Part shown: positions 55,465-64,000 of the stretch, in pieces
Numbering within the stretch: the first letter of the stretch is position 1
Layout: each line of letters begins with the position of its first letter
From: an uncultured Pelagibacteraceae bacterium
Lineage (GTDB): Bacteria > Pseudomonadota > Alphaproteobacteria > Pelagibacterales > AG-422-B15
Length of the DNA stretch: 64,000 nt
Direction of reading: 5' to 3'
Assembly (NCBI GenBank): GCA_902624455.1
Contig: CACNXQ010000003.1
Span: 39,029-103,028, forward strand
Translations under genes and position numbers: made by a program
Notes under the pieces: generated by a model
Databases searched by the model: none
Seen by the model: only the letters and a program-made list of their open reading frames with translations
Told to the model about the DNA's origin: nothing

Positions 55465-56319
55465 ATGAAAATAACAAACGTAAATAATGTAACTGAATTC
55501 ATAGAAGACTATAAAGTTATCTTATGTGATTTATGGGGTGTCATTCATAATGGTATGAGCGTATATGAAAATGCTAAAAAATTCTTAGGTTATGCTCACC
55601 AAAAAAATATACCAGTTTTCTTTATATCGAACGCTCCTAGACCTGAGTCGGTGGTAAGAAAAGGCCTAACTAATAAACTTCACCTTAATGAAAAATATTA
55701 TGAATCTATTTTCACTTCAGGTGACACCGGTGCAAAACACATAAATGAATTAAATCATGGAGAAAGTTATTTCCATTTAGGTCCTAATAAAGATGAAGAT
55801 TTACTTGATACTATTAATATTAAAAAACACTTAGATTATGAAATTGCAGATTTTATTTTATGTACAGGTCTAATGGACGACAGTTTCGAGAAACCTTATC
55901 ATTATTCTGGTATGTTTGAGGAATTCATTTCTCACAATAAAGAAATGGTGTGTGTTAATCCTGATGAGATAGTTTATCGAGGAGAACAACTAATTTCATG
56001 TGCAGGTGGCCTTGCTAAACTATATAAAGAAATGGGTGGTAAAGTGAAACTATATGGAAAACCACATAATGAAATCTATGATTATGCTTATCAATATCTG
56101 ATGGAGAATGGGTTGGTCGAAAATAAATCTGAAATCTTGGCTATTGGTGATAGTTTTAAAACTGATATCTTAGGAGCTGAATTGTTTAATATTGATTACT
56201 TATTTATTCAAAATGGTATTCATAAAAATGAAATTAAACACCAGAGTGATTTGTCAAAACTTTTTAGAATGCATGTTGGTAAAGAAATTAGAGAACTTAG
56301 GACGTTAAAAACACTTTAA
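55465..56319 (+). CDS. HAD-superfamily hydrolase, subfamily IIA-like
   Basis: ILCDLWGVIHNG (DxxGV), FISNAPR, IGDSFKTDILGA motifs. Position upstream of ribF is common in alphaproteobacteria. Confidence 0.7.
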   Translation: MKITNVNNVTEFIEDYKVILCDLWGVIHNGMSVYENAKKFLGYAHQKNIPVFFISNAPRPESVVRKGLTNKLHLNEKYYESIFTSGDTGAKHINELNHGESYFHLGPNKDEDLLDTINIKKHLDYEIADFILCTGLMDDSFEKPYHYSGMFEEFISHNKEMVCVNPDEIVYRGEQLISCAGGLAKLYKEMGGKVKLYGKPHNEIYDYAYQYLMENGLVENKSEILAIGDSFKTDILGAELFNIDYLFIQNGIHKNEIKHQSDLSKLFRMHVGKEIRELRTLKTL

Positions 56320-56324
56320 AACCT

Positions 56325-57287
56325 ATGAAAATAATTCGTAGCTTACAAACCTCAAAAAAATTTACAAAAGACTCAGTATTAATTATTGGAAATTTAGATG
56401 GCGTTCATAAAGGCCATCAAACTATTATTAAATCAGCCAAAAAAATTGCTGTAAAAAATAATACCTATTTGGGTGTATTAATATTTCATCCACATCCAAG
56501 AGCATATTTTACTAAAAAAAATAATTTCTTAATCACTCAGCTGGATCAAAAAATAGAAATATTAAAAGAGCAAGATGTCGATTATGTAATAGTAATGAAA
56601 TTTGACAAAAAAATATCATCAATGAGCCCTAAAAACTTTTGTGATAAAATTCTAAAAAATGGTATTCAAATGAACCATATCTTTGTTGGATCTAATTTTA
56701 AGTTTGGCAAAGCAAGATCTGGAGATTATAAATACCTTAATTCTTACGGTAAAAAAAATAATTTTAAGTTAACGCCAATTAAATTAATTAAAACTTCTGT
56801 AAATTTAGCCAAGAAAACAAACTGTAAAATATACTCGTCTACAAATGTAAGAAAGTTAATCAGTGCAGGAAAGCCCAAACATGCAAAAAATTTGTTGGGA
56901 AGAAGTTTTGTTGTTGAGTCAAAAGTTGATAAGGGAGATCAGAGAGGAAGAACCATTAAAGTACCTACAGCAAATCTTAATATAGATAATTATGTAAAAC
57001 CAAAAAAAGGAGTTTACGCTGTTGAAGTTGAAATAAATAGGACAAATATTAAAAAAAAGAAATACCTAGGAATTGCGAACTTTGGAATAAGGCCAACTTT
57101 TAATAAAAAGAAAGCCGTCCTCGAAGTTCATATATTTAATTTTAATTTGAATATTTATAATTCTAAAGTAAAAGTAACTTTTGTAGATTTCCTGAGAGAT
57201 GAAAAGAAGTTTTCTGGCATTGAGATGCTGAAAAGGCAGGTAAAATCTGATATTTTAAAAGCTAAAAAAATTTTAAGTAAATTATGA
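56325..57287 (+). CDS. ribF: Bifunctional riboflavin kinase / FMN adenylyltransferase
   Basis: 320 aa. IGNLDGVHKGHQ, GDQRGRTIKVPTANL, GIANFGIRPTF motifs. Confidence 0.9.
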   Translation: MKIIRSLQTSKKFTKDSVLIIGNLDGVHKGHQTIIKSAKKIAVKNNTYLGVLIFHPHPRAYFTKKNNFLITQLDQKIEILKEQDVDYVIVMKFDKKISSMSPKNFCDKILKNGIQMNHIFVGSNFKFGKARSGDYKYLNSYGKKNNFKLTPIKLIKTSVNLAKKTNCKIYSSTNVRKLISAGKPKHAKNLLGRSFVVESKVDKGDQRGRTIKVPTANLNIDNYVKPKKGVYAVEVEINRTNIKKKKYLGIANFGIRPTFNKKKAVLEVHIFNFNLNIYNSKVKVTFVDFLRDEKKFSGIEMLKRQVKSDILKAKKILSKL

Positions 57288-60094
57288 GTGAGAAGCAACA
57301 ACACAAAGATATAAGCGAAACACTTTTTTTGCCTAAGACTAGTTTTGCAATGAGAGCTGGGCTACCCGAACAAGAGCCTAAAATACTAGAGGAATGGTCT
57401 AAAAAAGATATCTACAAGGCTCTACGCACAGCATCAAAAGACAAAAAAAAATTTACACTTCATGATGGACCTCCTTATGCTAACGGAAATTTACATATGG
57501 GCCATGCTCTCAATAAAATATTAAAAGACTTTGTAGTCCGTTCACAACAAATGTTGAATCAAGACAGTTCATATATACCTGGATGGGATTGTCATGGACT
57601 ACCAATTGAATGGAAGATTGAAGAACAGTATAGATCAAAAGGCAAAAATAAGGATGAAATAGATATTTTACAATTTAGAAAAGAGTGTAGAGAATTTGCC
57701 GAAAAGTGGATTGATATACAAAGAGAAGAGTTTATCAGATTAGGTGTTACAGGCGATTGGTATAACCCTTATACGACAATGTCTTTTAATGCTGAAGCAA
57801 CTATTGTTAATGAATTTTTCAAGTTCGTTGAAAATGGAAGTTTATACCGTGGTTCAAAACCAGTCATGTGGTCAACAGTAGAAAAGACAGCCCTTGCTGA
57901 AGCCGAAATTGAGTACAAAGAACATAAATCCACTACTATTGTTGTAAAATTTCCTATTAAGGAAAGTTCAATTAAAGAATTATCGAATGCAGCTGTACTT
58001 ATTTGGACGACAACCCCTTGGACAATTCCTGGTAACAGAGCAATAGCATTCAGTAAGAATATTAAATACTCACTGTATGAAGTATCTGAAACTTTAGAAA
58101 AGTGCTTATTAGATAAAAATGAAAAAATAGTTATAGCAGATGATCTCATAGAAAATTTTTTGACTCAATGTAAGGTCTCAAAAATTAATAAAATCTGTAG
58201 TGTACAAAATTTAGATGAAATTGTTTGTCACCATCCCTTTGTAGGTTCTGGTTATGAGTTTGATGTTAGACTGTATAACGCTGATTTTGTAACATTAGAA
58301 CAAGGAACTGGATTTGTTCATATTGCACCAGGTCATGGAGCTGATGACTATGTTTTGGGAATTGAAAATAATGTAGAAGTACCAGAAACAGTAAATGAAA
58401 ATGGTGAGTATTTTCAACATATTCCAATATTCAAGGGCATAAAGATATTTAATGACGATGGATCCGATGCTGAAGCAAATATTGCCGTCATTAAATCTTT
58501 AGCTGCCCGTAAAAATTTAGCAGGTAAGGGATCATTGAGACACAGCTACCCTCACTCATGGAGGTCTAAAGCCCCAGTTATATTTAGAAATACTCCACAG
58601 TGGTTTATAAGCATGGAAAGTAATAATTTAAGAACTACGGCACTTAAAGAAATTGAAAAAGTAAACTGGTTTCCAAAACAGGGTAAAAATAGGATTTATT
58701 CGATGATAGAAGAGAGACCAGACTGGGTTGTATCAAGACAAAGAGCTTGGGGAGTGCCATTATCAATTTTTTATAAAATTGAGACTGGCGAGGTATTAGT
58801 AGATAAAGAATTAAACCAAAAAATAGTTAATTTATATGAAAATGAAGGATCTGATGCTTGGTTTAAATATACAAAAGAAGAATTATTAGGATCAAAATAC
58901 AATCCCGATGAATACGCTAAAGTAAATGATATTTTAGATGTGTGGTTTGACTCGGGTTGCACTCATGCATTTGTTCTTGATGGTAAAGAAAATCAAATAT
59001 GGCCAGCATCTATTTATTTAGAAGGAACTGACCAACACAGAGGATGGTTTCATTCATCATTACTAGAATCTTGCGGCACTAGAGGTATCGCTCCTTATGA
59101 GTCTGTTTTAACGCATGGTTTTGTTTTGCATGAAGATGGCTTAAAAATGAGCAAGTCATCATCAAATATTGTCTCACCGACAGAAATTGTTGATAAATCT
59201 GGAGCAGATATACTAAGACTATGGGTCGCAAGTAGTGATTATTCTGAAGATTTAAAAATTGGTCCCGATATAATTAAAAGTAACATTGATAGCTATAGGC
59301 GTCTGAGAAATACATTACGTTTTATTTTGGGGAATCTTTCGGATTTTTCAAAAGATGAAGTTGTACCATTTGATAATTTAAATGAACTCGATCAATACAT
59401 CTTATCAGAACTGTCAAAACTAGAAATTAAGGTAATAGAAAACTACAAAATATTTGAATATCAAAAAGTTTTTTCCATGATTTTTAATTTTTGTACTAAC
59501 GATCTTTCTTCATTTTATTTTGATATAAGAAAAGATTCTCTTTATTGTGATGCAAAAAATAATTTAACTAGAAGATCTACAAGAACTGTCTTAGATATTT
59601 TATTCCATCATTTGCTCAAGCTTTTAGCCCCATTACTCTGTTTTACTACGGAAGAAGCGTGGCAAAGTAGGTATGGCAACGATGGCTCCATTCATATGCA
59701 ATTATTTCCAAATGTAAATGAAACCTGGATAAACAATGATTTGGATGAACGATGGAGTAAATATAAGCAAATAAGAAAGTTTATTTATTCAGCCATTGAA
59801 GAAAAGAGAAAAGACAAAATTATTGGCTCAAGTCTTGAGGCAGATGTAATATTGTTTTTACCTCAAAATGAATATCAAGATTTAGATCAAAAAATTATAG
59901 AGGATATTGCAATAGTTAGTAAGTTAAGAATAGATAGTTCCAATCCTCCCAAAGACAGTAAGATTGATGAAAATAACGGTAGTTTAGGCGTTCAAGTTAC
60001 AAAAGTTTCTGGAGAAAAATGTGAAAGATGTTGGAAGTACTTTGATGTTTTGGATAGTAATTTATGTAACAGATGTATGCAGAATGTAAAATAA
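57284..60094 (+). CDS. ileS: Isoleucine--tRNA ligase
   Basis: 936 aa. PPYANGNLHMGHA (HIGH), KMSKS, C-terminal zinc-finger CERCWKY...CNRC. Confidence 0.97.
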   Translation: MSEKQQHKDISETLFLPKTSFAMRAGLPEQEPKILEEWSKKDIYKALRTASKDKKKFTLHDGPPYANGNLHMGHALNKILKDFVVRSQQMLNQDSSYIPGWDCHGLPIEWKIEEQYRSKGKNKDEIDILQFRKECREFAEKWIDIQREEFIRLGVTGDWYNPYTTMSFNAEATIVNEFFKFVENGSLYRGSKPVMWSTVEKTALAEAEIEYKEHKSTTIVVKFPIKESSIKELSNAAVLIWTTTPWTIPGNRAIAFSKNIKYSLYEVSETLEKCLLDKNEKIVIADDLIENFLTQCKVSKINKICSVQNLDEIVCHHPFVGSGYEFDVRLYNADFVTLEQGTGFVHIAPGHGADDYVLGIENNVEVPETVNENGEYFQHIPIFKGIKIFNDDGSDAEANIAVIKSLAARKNLAGKGSLRHSYPHSWRSKAPVIFRNTPQWFISMESNNLRTTALKEIEKVNWFPKQGKNRIYSMIEERPDWVVSRQRAWGVPLSIFYKIETGEVLVDKELNQKIVNLYENEGSDAWFKYTKEELLGSKYNPDEYAKVNDILDVWFDSGCTHAFVLDGKENQIWPASIYLEGTDQHRGWFHSSLLESCGTRGIAPYESVLTHGFVLHEDGLKMSKSSSNIVSPTEIVDKSGADILRLWVASSDYSEDLKIGPDIIKSNIDSYRRLRNTLRFILGNLSDFSKDEVVPFDNLNELDQYILSELSKLEIKVIENYKIFEYQKVFSMIFNFCTNDLSSFYFDIRKDSLYCDAKNNLTRRSTRTVLDILFHHLLKLLAPLLCFTTEEAWQSRYGNDGSIHMQLFPNVNETWINNDLDERWSKYKQIRKFIYSAIEEKRKDKIIGSSLEADVILFLPQNEYQDLDQKIIEDIAIVSKLRIDSSNPPKDSKIDENNGSLGVQVTKVSGEKCERCWKYFDVLDSNLCNRCMQNVK

Positions 60095-60604
60095 ATGAAT
60101 GCAACTACTTTTCGTTTTATAGTTTATATATTTATTATTGCTCTTGTTGATCAGATAAGTAAATATTTAATAATTTTTAAGTATCAGATCGACACCACAT
60201 CATTAAATTCTCAATATTTGCACACTGTAAACGATTATCTCAATTTTTACATAATATGGAACAAAGGTTTTGCTTTTGGATTATTTCAGAATGATATTGT
60301 CACTATTAATACAATTTATATTTTAATAATGATTGTAATAGCTGTAGGAATTTTTATTTATGCCTTAATGATTAATAAAAGAGCATATTACTTTTCTTTT
60401 GGTTTATTAATAGGAGGAGCAATTGGAAATCTTATTGACCGCATTCAATATTCAGCAGTTCTTGATTTCATTGATGTTCACTATGGCAATTATCATTGGT
60501 ATGTATTTAATATTGCTGATATAAGTATCAGTTGTGGCTGTATTGCAGTTATTTTTTTAGAAATATTTACGAAAAATAAAACCAAAAATGAAATTAATAG
60601 CTAA
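60095..60604 (+). CDS. lspA: Lipoprotein signal peptidase (signal peptidase II)
   Basis: 169 aa, four TM segments. NKGFAFG and VLDFIDV...FNIAD motifs. ATG abuts the ileS TAA. Confidence 0.9.
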   Translation: MNATTFRFIVYIFIIALVDQISKYLIIFKYQIDTTSLNSQYLHTVNDYLNFYIIWNKGFAFGLFQNDIVTINTIYILIMIVIAVGIFIYALMINKRAYYFSFGLLIGGAIGNLIDRIQYSAVLDFIDVHYGNYHWYVFNIADISISCGCIAVIFLEIFTKNKTKNEINS

Positions 60605-61229
60605 AGTTTTCTTTTTATTTTTAATCTCAATAATCTTTATTTACGGTTGTTCAAATAATAATACTGTACGTGATTATACAACCTTAAAACAAAAAGCACT
60701 TGAAATACCTCCAGAATTTGATCTTACTCCACCCGTTGAAGGTAAAGAAAATATTGATGAAGAAGATGTTGTCTCTTCAACTTCAGAAGACTTAGAAGAC
60801 ATTTTGGGACAGACCGTGAGTGAAGAAACATCATCAGACGGTAATCAAAATCAGTCATTAGATGAATTCATTGATCAAAACTTCGTAAGTGAACAAATAA
60901 ATGACAATAATACTGAAATTTCTCAAGACATTCAAATTGAAGAGCCTGTCGTGGCTGAAGAATTGACAGAAGTTGAAGATCAAAATTTATCTACAGTTGA
61001 TGAAGACTCAACATCTGTAGAAGACAACATTGAGTCATTTTCTGAAGAGCAGTTCATTGAAAACTTATCAAATACTGACGAAATAACTTCATTGCCTGAG
61101 GAAGAACAACTTAAGCCTGAAATTCTTGATGATAGTATTTATGAGGATACACCAACATTTTCTAGTGACGATGAACTAAATGATTTGCTTAATAGAGTAG
61201 ATGATTTACTAAATACTTATTCAAACTAA
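60588..61229 (+). CDS. Lipoprotein (DUF3035-like N-terminus) with acidic low-complexity C-terminal region
   Basis: Lipobox FIYGC. LEIPPEFDLTPP resembles DUF3035, which commonly follows lspA in alphaproteobacteria. Rest is E/D/S-rich. Confidence 0.6.
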   Translation: MKLIAKVFFLFLISIIFIYGCSNNNTVRDYTTLKQKALEIPPEFDLTPPVEGKENIDEEDVVSSTSEDLEDILGQTVSEETSSDGNQNQSLDEFIDQNFVSEQINDNNTEISQDIQIEEPVVAEELTEVEDQNLSTVDEDSTSVEDNIESFSEEQFIENLSNTDEITSLPEEEQLKPEILDDSIYEDTPTFSSDDELNDLLNRVDDLLNTYSN

Positions 61230-61245
61230 CTAATTGTTCTTGTGA

Positions 61246-62241
61246 ATGTTTAAGTTTTTTAAAGATCCAAAATGGTTTATCTGGGCTTATATAGGGTCTG
61301 CAATTATTTTATCGTCCATTTGGGTACAAGTTCAAATTGACGTCAAAATAAATGAATGGTTTGGTGACTTTTATGACATGATCCAAGAAGCCTTGTCTGC
61401 ACCAAATGCAATTACTATCGAAGAATACTGGGCAAGCTTATTATCATTTATTACATTAGCAGGGATGTACGTCGCAGTTGCAGTTCTTGTGAGCTATTTC
61501 ACCAATCACTTTTTGTTTAGATGGAGAACCTCTATGGTTGAATGGTACCATTCCGTTTATGATAAGGCTCGCAAAATAGAGGGAGCTTCTCAGCGAGTTC
61601 AGGAAGATACGATTAAGTTTTCAAGAATAATGGAGTCACTTGGAACTAGTTTAATTGAAGCTCTTATGATTTTAGTAGAATTCATGCCCATCTTATTTGG
61701 TCTTAGTATTGGTATTCCAATCTTCTTTTTTGGTGAATGGGAGTATGGACTCGTAGTTGGAGCTTTATTGTGGTCTATTGGTGGCACACTATTTCTTGTG
61801 GGTTTAGGATTAATTTTAAGATTGGTGGGTATTGAGTATGATCTTCAAAAGCAAGAGGCAGCTTATAGAAAGTTACTTGTAATTGCCGAAGACGATGAAA
61901 CAGTAAGACCAAAAACTCTTGAGGAGTTGTTCAATGACGTCAGGCAAATACATTTTTTAAGTTATATAAGATATCTTTACTTTGACATTGGAAGAATTGC
62001 TTTTTTACAAGCTAATGTATTGTCAGCTTATGTTTTTTTAGCCCCTGCTATTGTTGCTGGCGTAGTCACACTTGGCGTAATGCAACAAATTATTAGAGCA
62101 TTTGGCAGAGTCGAAGGGTCAATGCAGTATCTTTTAAAGGCATGGCCAACCATAATTGAACTTGCAAGTGTCTATAAACGATTAAGAGAATTTGAGTCTA
62201 AAATTGAACAAGTAGGCATGGAAGAAACATCAAAAATTTAA
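61246..62241 (+). CDS. SbmA/BacA-like inner-membrane transporter family protein
   Basis: 331 aa. FFKDPKWFIWAYIGSAIIL...INEWFGDFYDMIQ and ASQRVQEDTIKF resemble the SbmA_BacA family. Multiple TM segments, no NBD. Confidence 0.6.
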   Translation: MFKFFKDPKWFIWAYIGSAIILSSIWVQVQIDVKINEWFGDFYDMIQEALSAPNAITIEEYWASLLSFITLAGMYVAVAVLVSYFTNHFLFRWRTSMVEWYHSVYDKARKIEGASQRVQEDTIKFSRIMESLGTSLIEALMILVEFMPILFGLSIGIPIFFFGEWEYGLVVGALLWSIGGTLFLVGLGLILRLVGIEYDLQKQEAAYRKLLVIAEDDETVRPKTLEELFNDVRQIHFLSYIRYLYFDIGRIAFLQANVLSAYVFLAPAIVAGVVTLGVMQQIIRAFGRVEGSMQYLLKAWPTIIELASVYKRLREFESKIEQVGMEETSKI

Positions 62242-62244
62242 GTC

Positions 62245-63282
62245 ATGAAAAAACTGAACCTTGAGAAACCTTTTTTGAATTTTGATAAATTGGAGAAAAA
62301 TTATCAAATAAACAAAAACTTCATCAAAACCAATTTTACAAATATTATTGTAATTGGAGTAGGTGGATCTTCTCAGGGATCTAAAGCTATTTCAAGCTTC
62401 TTAAATGAAGAAAGAATAGTTTATTTTGATCATTTATCTTCTCCATTGATAATGAATGCTCTAGAAAATTTTAATCTAAAAAGTACTGCTTTTCTTTTTA
62501 TTTCAAAATCGGGCAAAACATCTGAAGTACTTACTATTTTTGATTTCCTGTGCGAGTACTGCGACAGTAAATTATCGATAAGAGATAATTTTTTCGTAAT
62601 AACAGACAAAAATGAGTCTTCGCTTGAGGATCTTGCAAATCATAAAAATATTTCCATTTTACACTGTGACAGTGAAATCGGAGGAAGGTTTTCAATTTTT
62701 GGATTAAATTCTTTAATACCTTCATTTTATTTTGAAACTAACAGAGTACACAAATTTTTTGAAGGGGCTCGGTCAACGCTCACCTATATTGACAAGTTAA
62801 TCATAAAAGCAGAAAGAATGAACGAATTGGTAAGTTCAGGAAAAGCTATAAACCTTAACCTCGTTTATGGAAATCATCTCATAGAAACAGTGAATTGGAA
62901 AAAACAATTATTTGCTGAGTCACTTGGAAAAAATGGAAATGGTTTTATGCCAATTACAGCAGAAATGCCAAAGGAACAGCATAGTTTGCTACAACTCATG
63001 ATGGATGGGCCAAAGAATATTTTTTATGATTTGTTTTCAAGTAATCCTACCAAGCCAAATCTTATAAATATTACTCTTCAAAATCATAAGTCTGCAACAC
63101 ATGAGGCTCTACTTGGTAAAAAATTTGAAGTTGAAGAAACTATCATTGATGAAGAAGATCTCCCTCATCTTGGACAATTTTTTGTCGAACAGATGATCAT
63201 TGTCATGCAAATGGCAAACATGAATGATATTGACCCCTTCTCTCAAAATGAGGTTGAAATACAAAAAAATTTTTTAAAATAA
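62245..63282 (+). CDS. Short glucose-6-phosphate isomerase-like (SIS/PGI family) protein
   Basis: 345 aa. IIVIGVGGSSQGSKAI, FLFISKSGKTSEVL, GGRFSIFG, ESLGK motifs of PGI. Clearly shorter than canonical bacterial PGI. Confidence 0.6.
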   Translation: MKKLNLEKPFLNFDKLEKNYQINKNFIKTNFTNIIVIGVGGSSQGSKAISSFLNEERIVYFDHLSSPLIMNALENFNLKSTAFLFISKSGKTSEVLTIFDFLCEYCDSKLSIRDNFFVITDKNESSLEDLANHKNISILHCDSEIGGRFSIFGLNSLIPSFYFETNRVHKFFEGARSTLTYIDKLIIKAERMNELVSSGKAINLNLVYGNHLIETVNWKKQLFAESLGKNGNGFMPITAEMPKEQHSLLQLMMDGPKNIFYDLFSSNPTKPNLINITLQNHKSATHEALLGKKFEVEETIIDEEDLPHLGQFFVEQMIIVMQMANMNDIDPFSQNEVEIQKNFLK

Positions 63283-63840
63283 TTTATAAAAAGAAAAATT
63301 AGATATTCCTATTTGCTTCTCTCTAATTAATTCTAATTCTTCGAAATTAGATTTTTCAGTCTTTATTTCCTCTTCAAGAACAATAATTGCATTATCGCTC
63401 AGCATTCCTTTTTTTAAGAGATTTCTTATAGATCTTTTTGCTAGGTTTTTACCATAGGGTGGATCTATATATGCTAAATCAAATTTGTAATTATCATCAT
63501 TATCAAAAGAACAGGCATTTTGGTTTTTCACTTCTATTTTATCTAAAAAGTCTAACTTTTTTCCATTTTTATATATGACATCAACCATTTCATTGTTGTT
63601 TTCAATCATAAGTGCTTTATGCGATCCTCTTGAGAGAGCCTCAAATGAAAACGAACCTGTTCCAGCAAATAAATCAATCAAATTACATCCTTCTAATGTA
63701 AATTCAGAATTGATTATCTCCTTACCATGAACAAGTATATTAAAGATAGTCTCCCTGTTTTTGTCTGATATTGGTCTAACCTCACTATTTTTGATGCTCG
63801 TGATTGAGTGACCTTTTTTGGTTCCACTAATAATTCTCAT
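63274..63840 (-). CDS. rsmD: 16S rRNA (guanine966-N2)-methyltransferase RsmD
   Basis: 188 aa. MRIISG..KG, DLFAGTGSFSFEALSRG, IDPPY motifs. 9-nt convergent overlap with the PGI-like gene. Confidence 0.85.
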   Translation of the reverse strand: MRIISGTKKGHSITSIKNSEVRPISDKNRETIFNILVHGKEIINSEFTLEGCNLIDLFAGTGSFSFEALSRGSHKALMIENNNEMVDVIYKNGKKLDFLDKIEVKNQNACSFDNDDNYKFDLAYIDPPYGKNLAKRSIRNLLKKGMLSDNAIIVLEEEIKTEKSNFEELELIREKQIGISNFSFYKLF

Positions 63841-63846
63841 AAATCC

Positions 63847-64000
63847 TTAACCATAATGTTTTACTTTTATTAGGCCGCCTTTTTGCAACTTACCGAGTCG
63901 ATATTTTCCATAAGATATCCTTATTAATCTAGTAACTGTCATATTTAACGAGTCAAAAATTTTTCTTATCTCCCTGTTTTTACCTTCGGTTAAAATCATA
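63847..64000 (-). CDS. Pseudouridine synthase (RsuA/RluB family), C-terminal fragment (5' end beyond right edge)
   Basis: My minus-strand translation: ...ILTEGKNREIRKIFDSLNMTVTRLIRISYGKYRLGKLQKGGLIKVKHYG*. The EG+NREIR+ motif is characteristic of this family. Confidence 0.7.
   Translation of the reverse strand, partial: MILTEGKNREIRKIFDSLNMTVTRLIRISYGKYRLGKLQKGGLIKVKHYG

Overview
The window is visibly AT-rich and tightly packed, with many 1-4 nt gene overlaps and few intergenic gaps over 150 bp. It looks like a streamlined marine alphaproteobacterium (SAR11/Pelagibacterales-like). That is an inference from gene order (DUF2948-hisD, HAD-ribF-ileS-lspA-DUF3035 lipoprotein, hisS-hisZ-hisG) and from a tRNA-His that lacks G-1. 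No similarity search could be run, so all functional calls rest on motifs I recognise in the supplied translations and on my own reading of the DNA. I count about 60 protein genes, two canonical tRNAs (Phe, His) and one atypical tRNA-like gene.

Housekeeping blocks: typA, dcd-murA-DUF2948-hisD-infA-maf, hisSZG, groES-groEL, ribF-ileS-lspA, rsmD.

Blocks worth attention:
1. 5.9-21.3 kb holds a 2371-aa DUF4347/VCBS giant adhesin gene. A TolC-family lipoprotein with a cadherin-like, acidic coiled-coil and SPOR-like tail is transcribed divergently from it. Three tightly coupled membrane-fusion-protein-like genes follow the adhesin. One carries a GAF-like cytoplasmic domain. One is a chimera with an intact site-2 (M50) metalloprotease core and a PqqD-like N-terminus. 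No type-I-secretion ABC exporter is present, so this is my candidate for an undescribed secretion or processing system.
2. 28.8-35.0 kb is a zinc island: ZrgABCD-like genes, zur-znuB-znuC and znuA, with two near-identical palindromic Zur-box candidates and His-rich tandem-repeat tracts.
3. 35.0-37.5 kb is a DUF3604 plus beta-carbonic anhydrase pair.
4. 37.6-42.5 kb is a four-gene Rieske oxygenase / aldehyde dehydrogenase / M20 / M24 operon.
5. A perfect cloverleaf with non-canonical D- and T-loops (Thr GGU anticodon) sits between a nuclease gene and ptrB.
6. A His-rich 11-codon leader ORF lies upstream of hisS.

I saw no CRISPR array, IS element, integrase or prophage signal.
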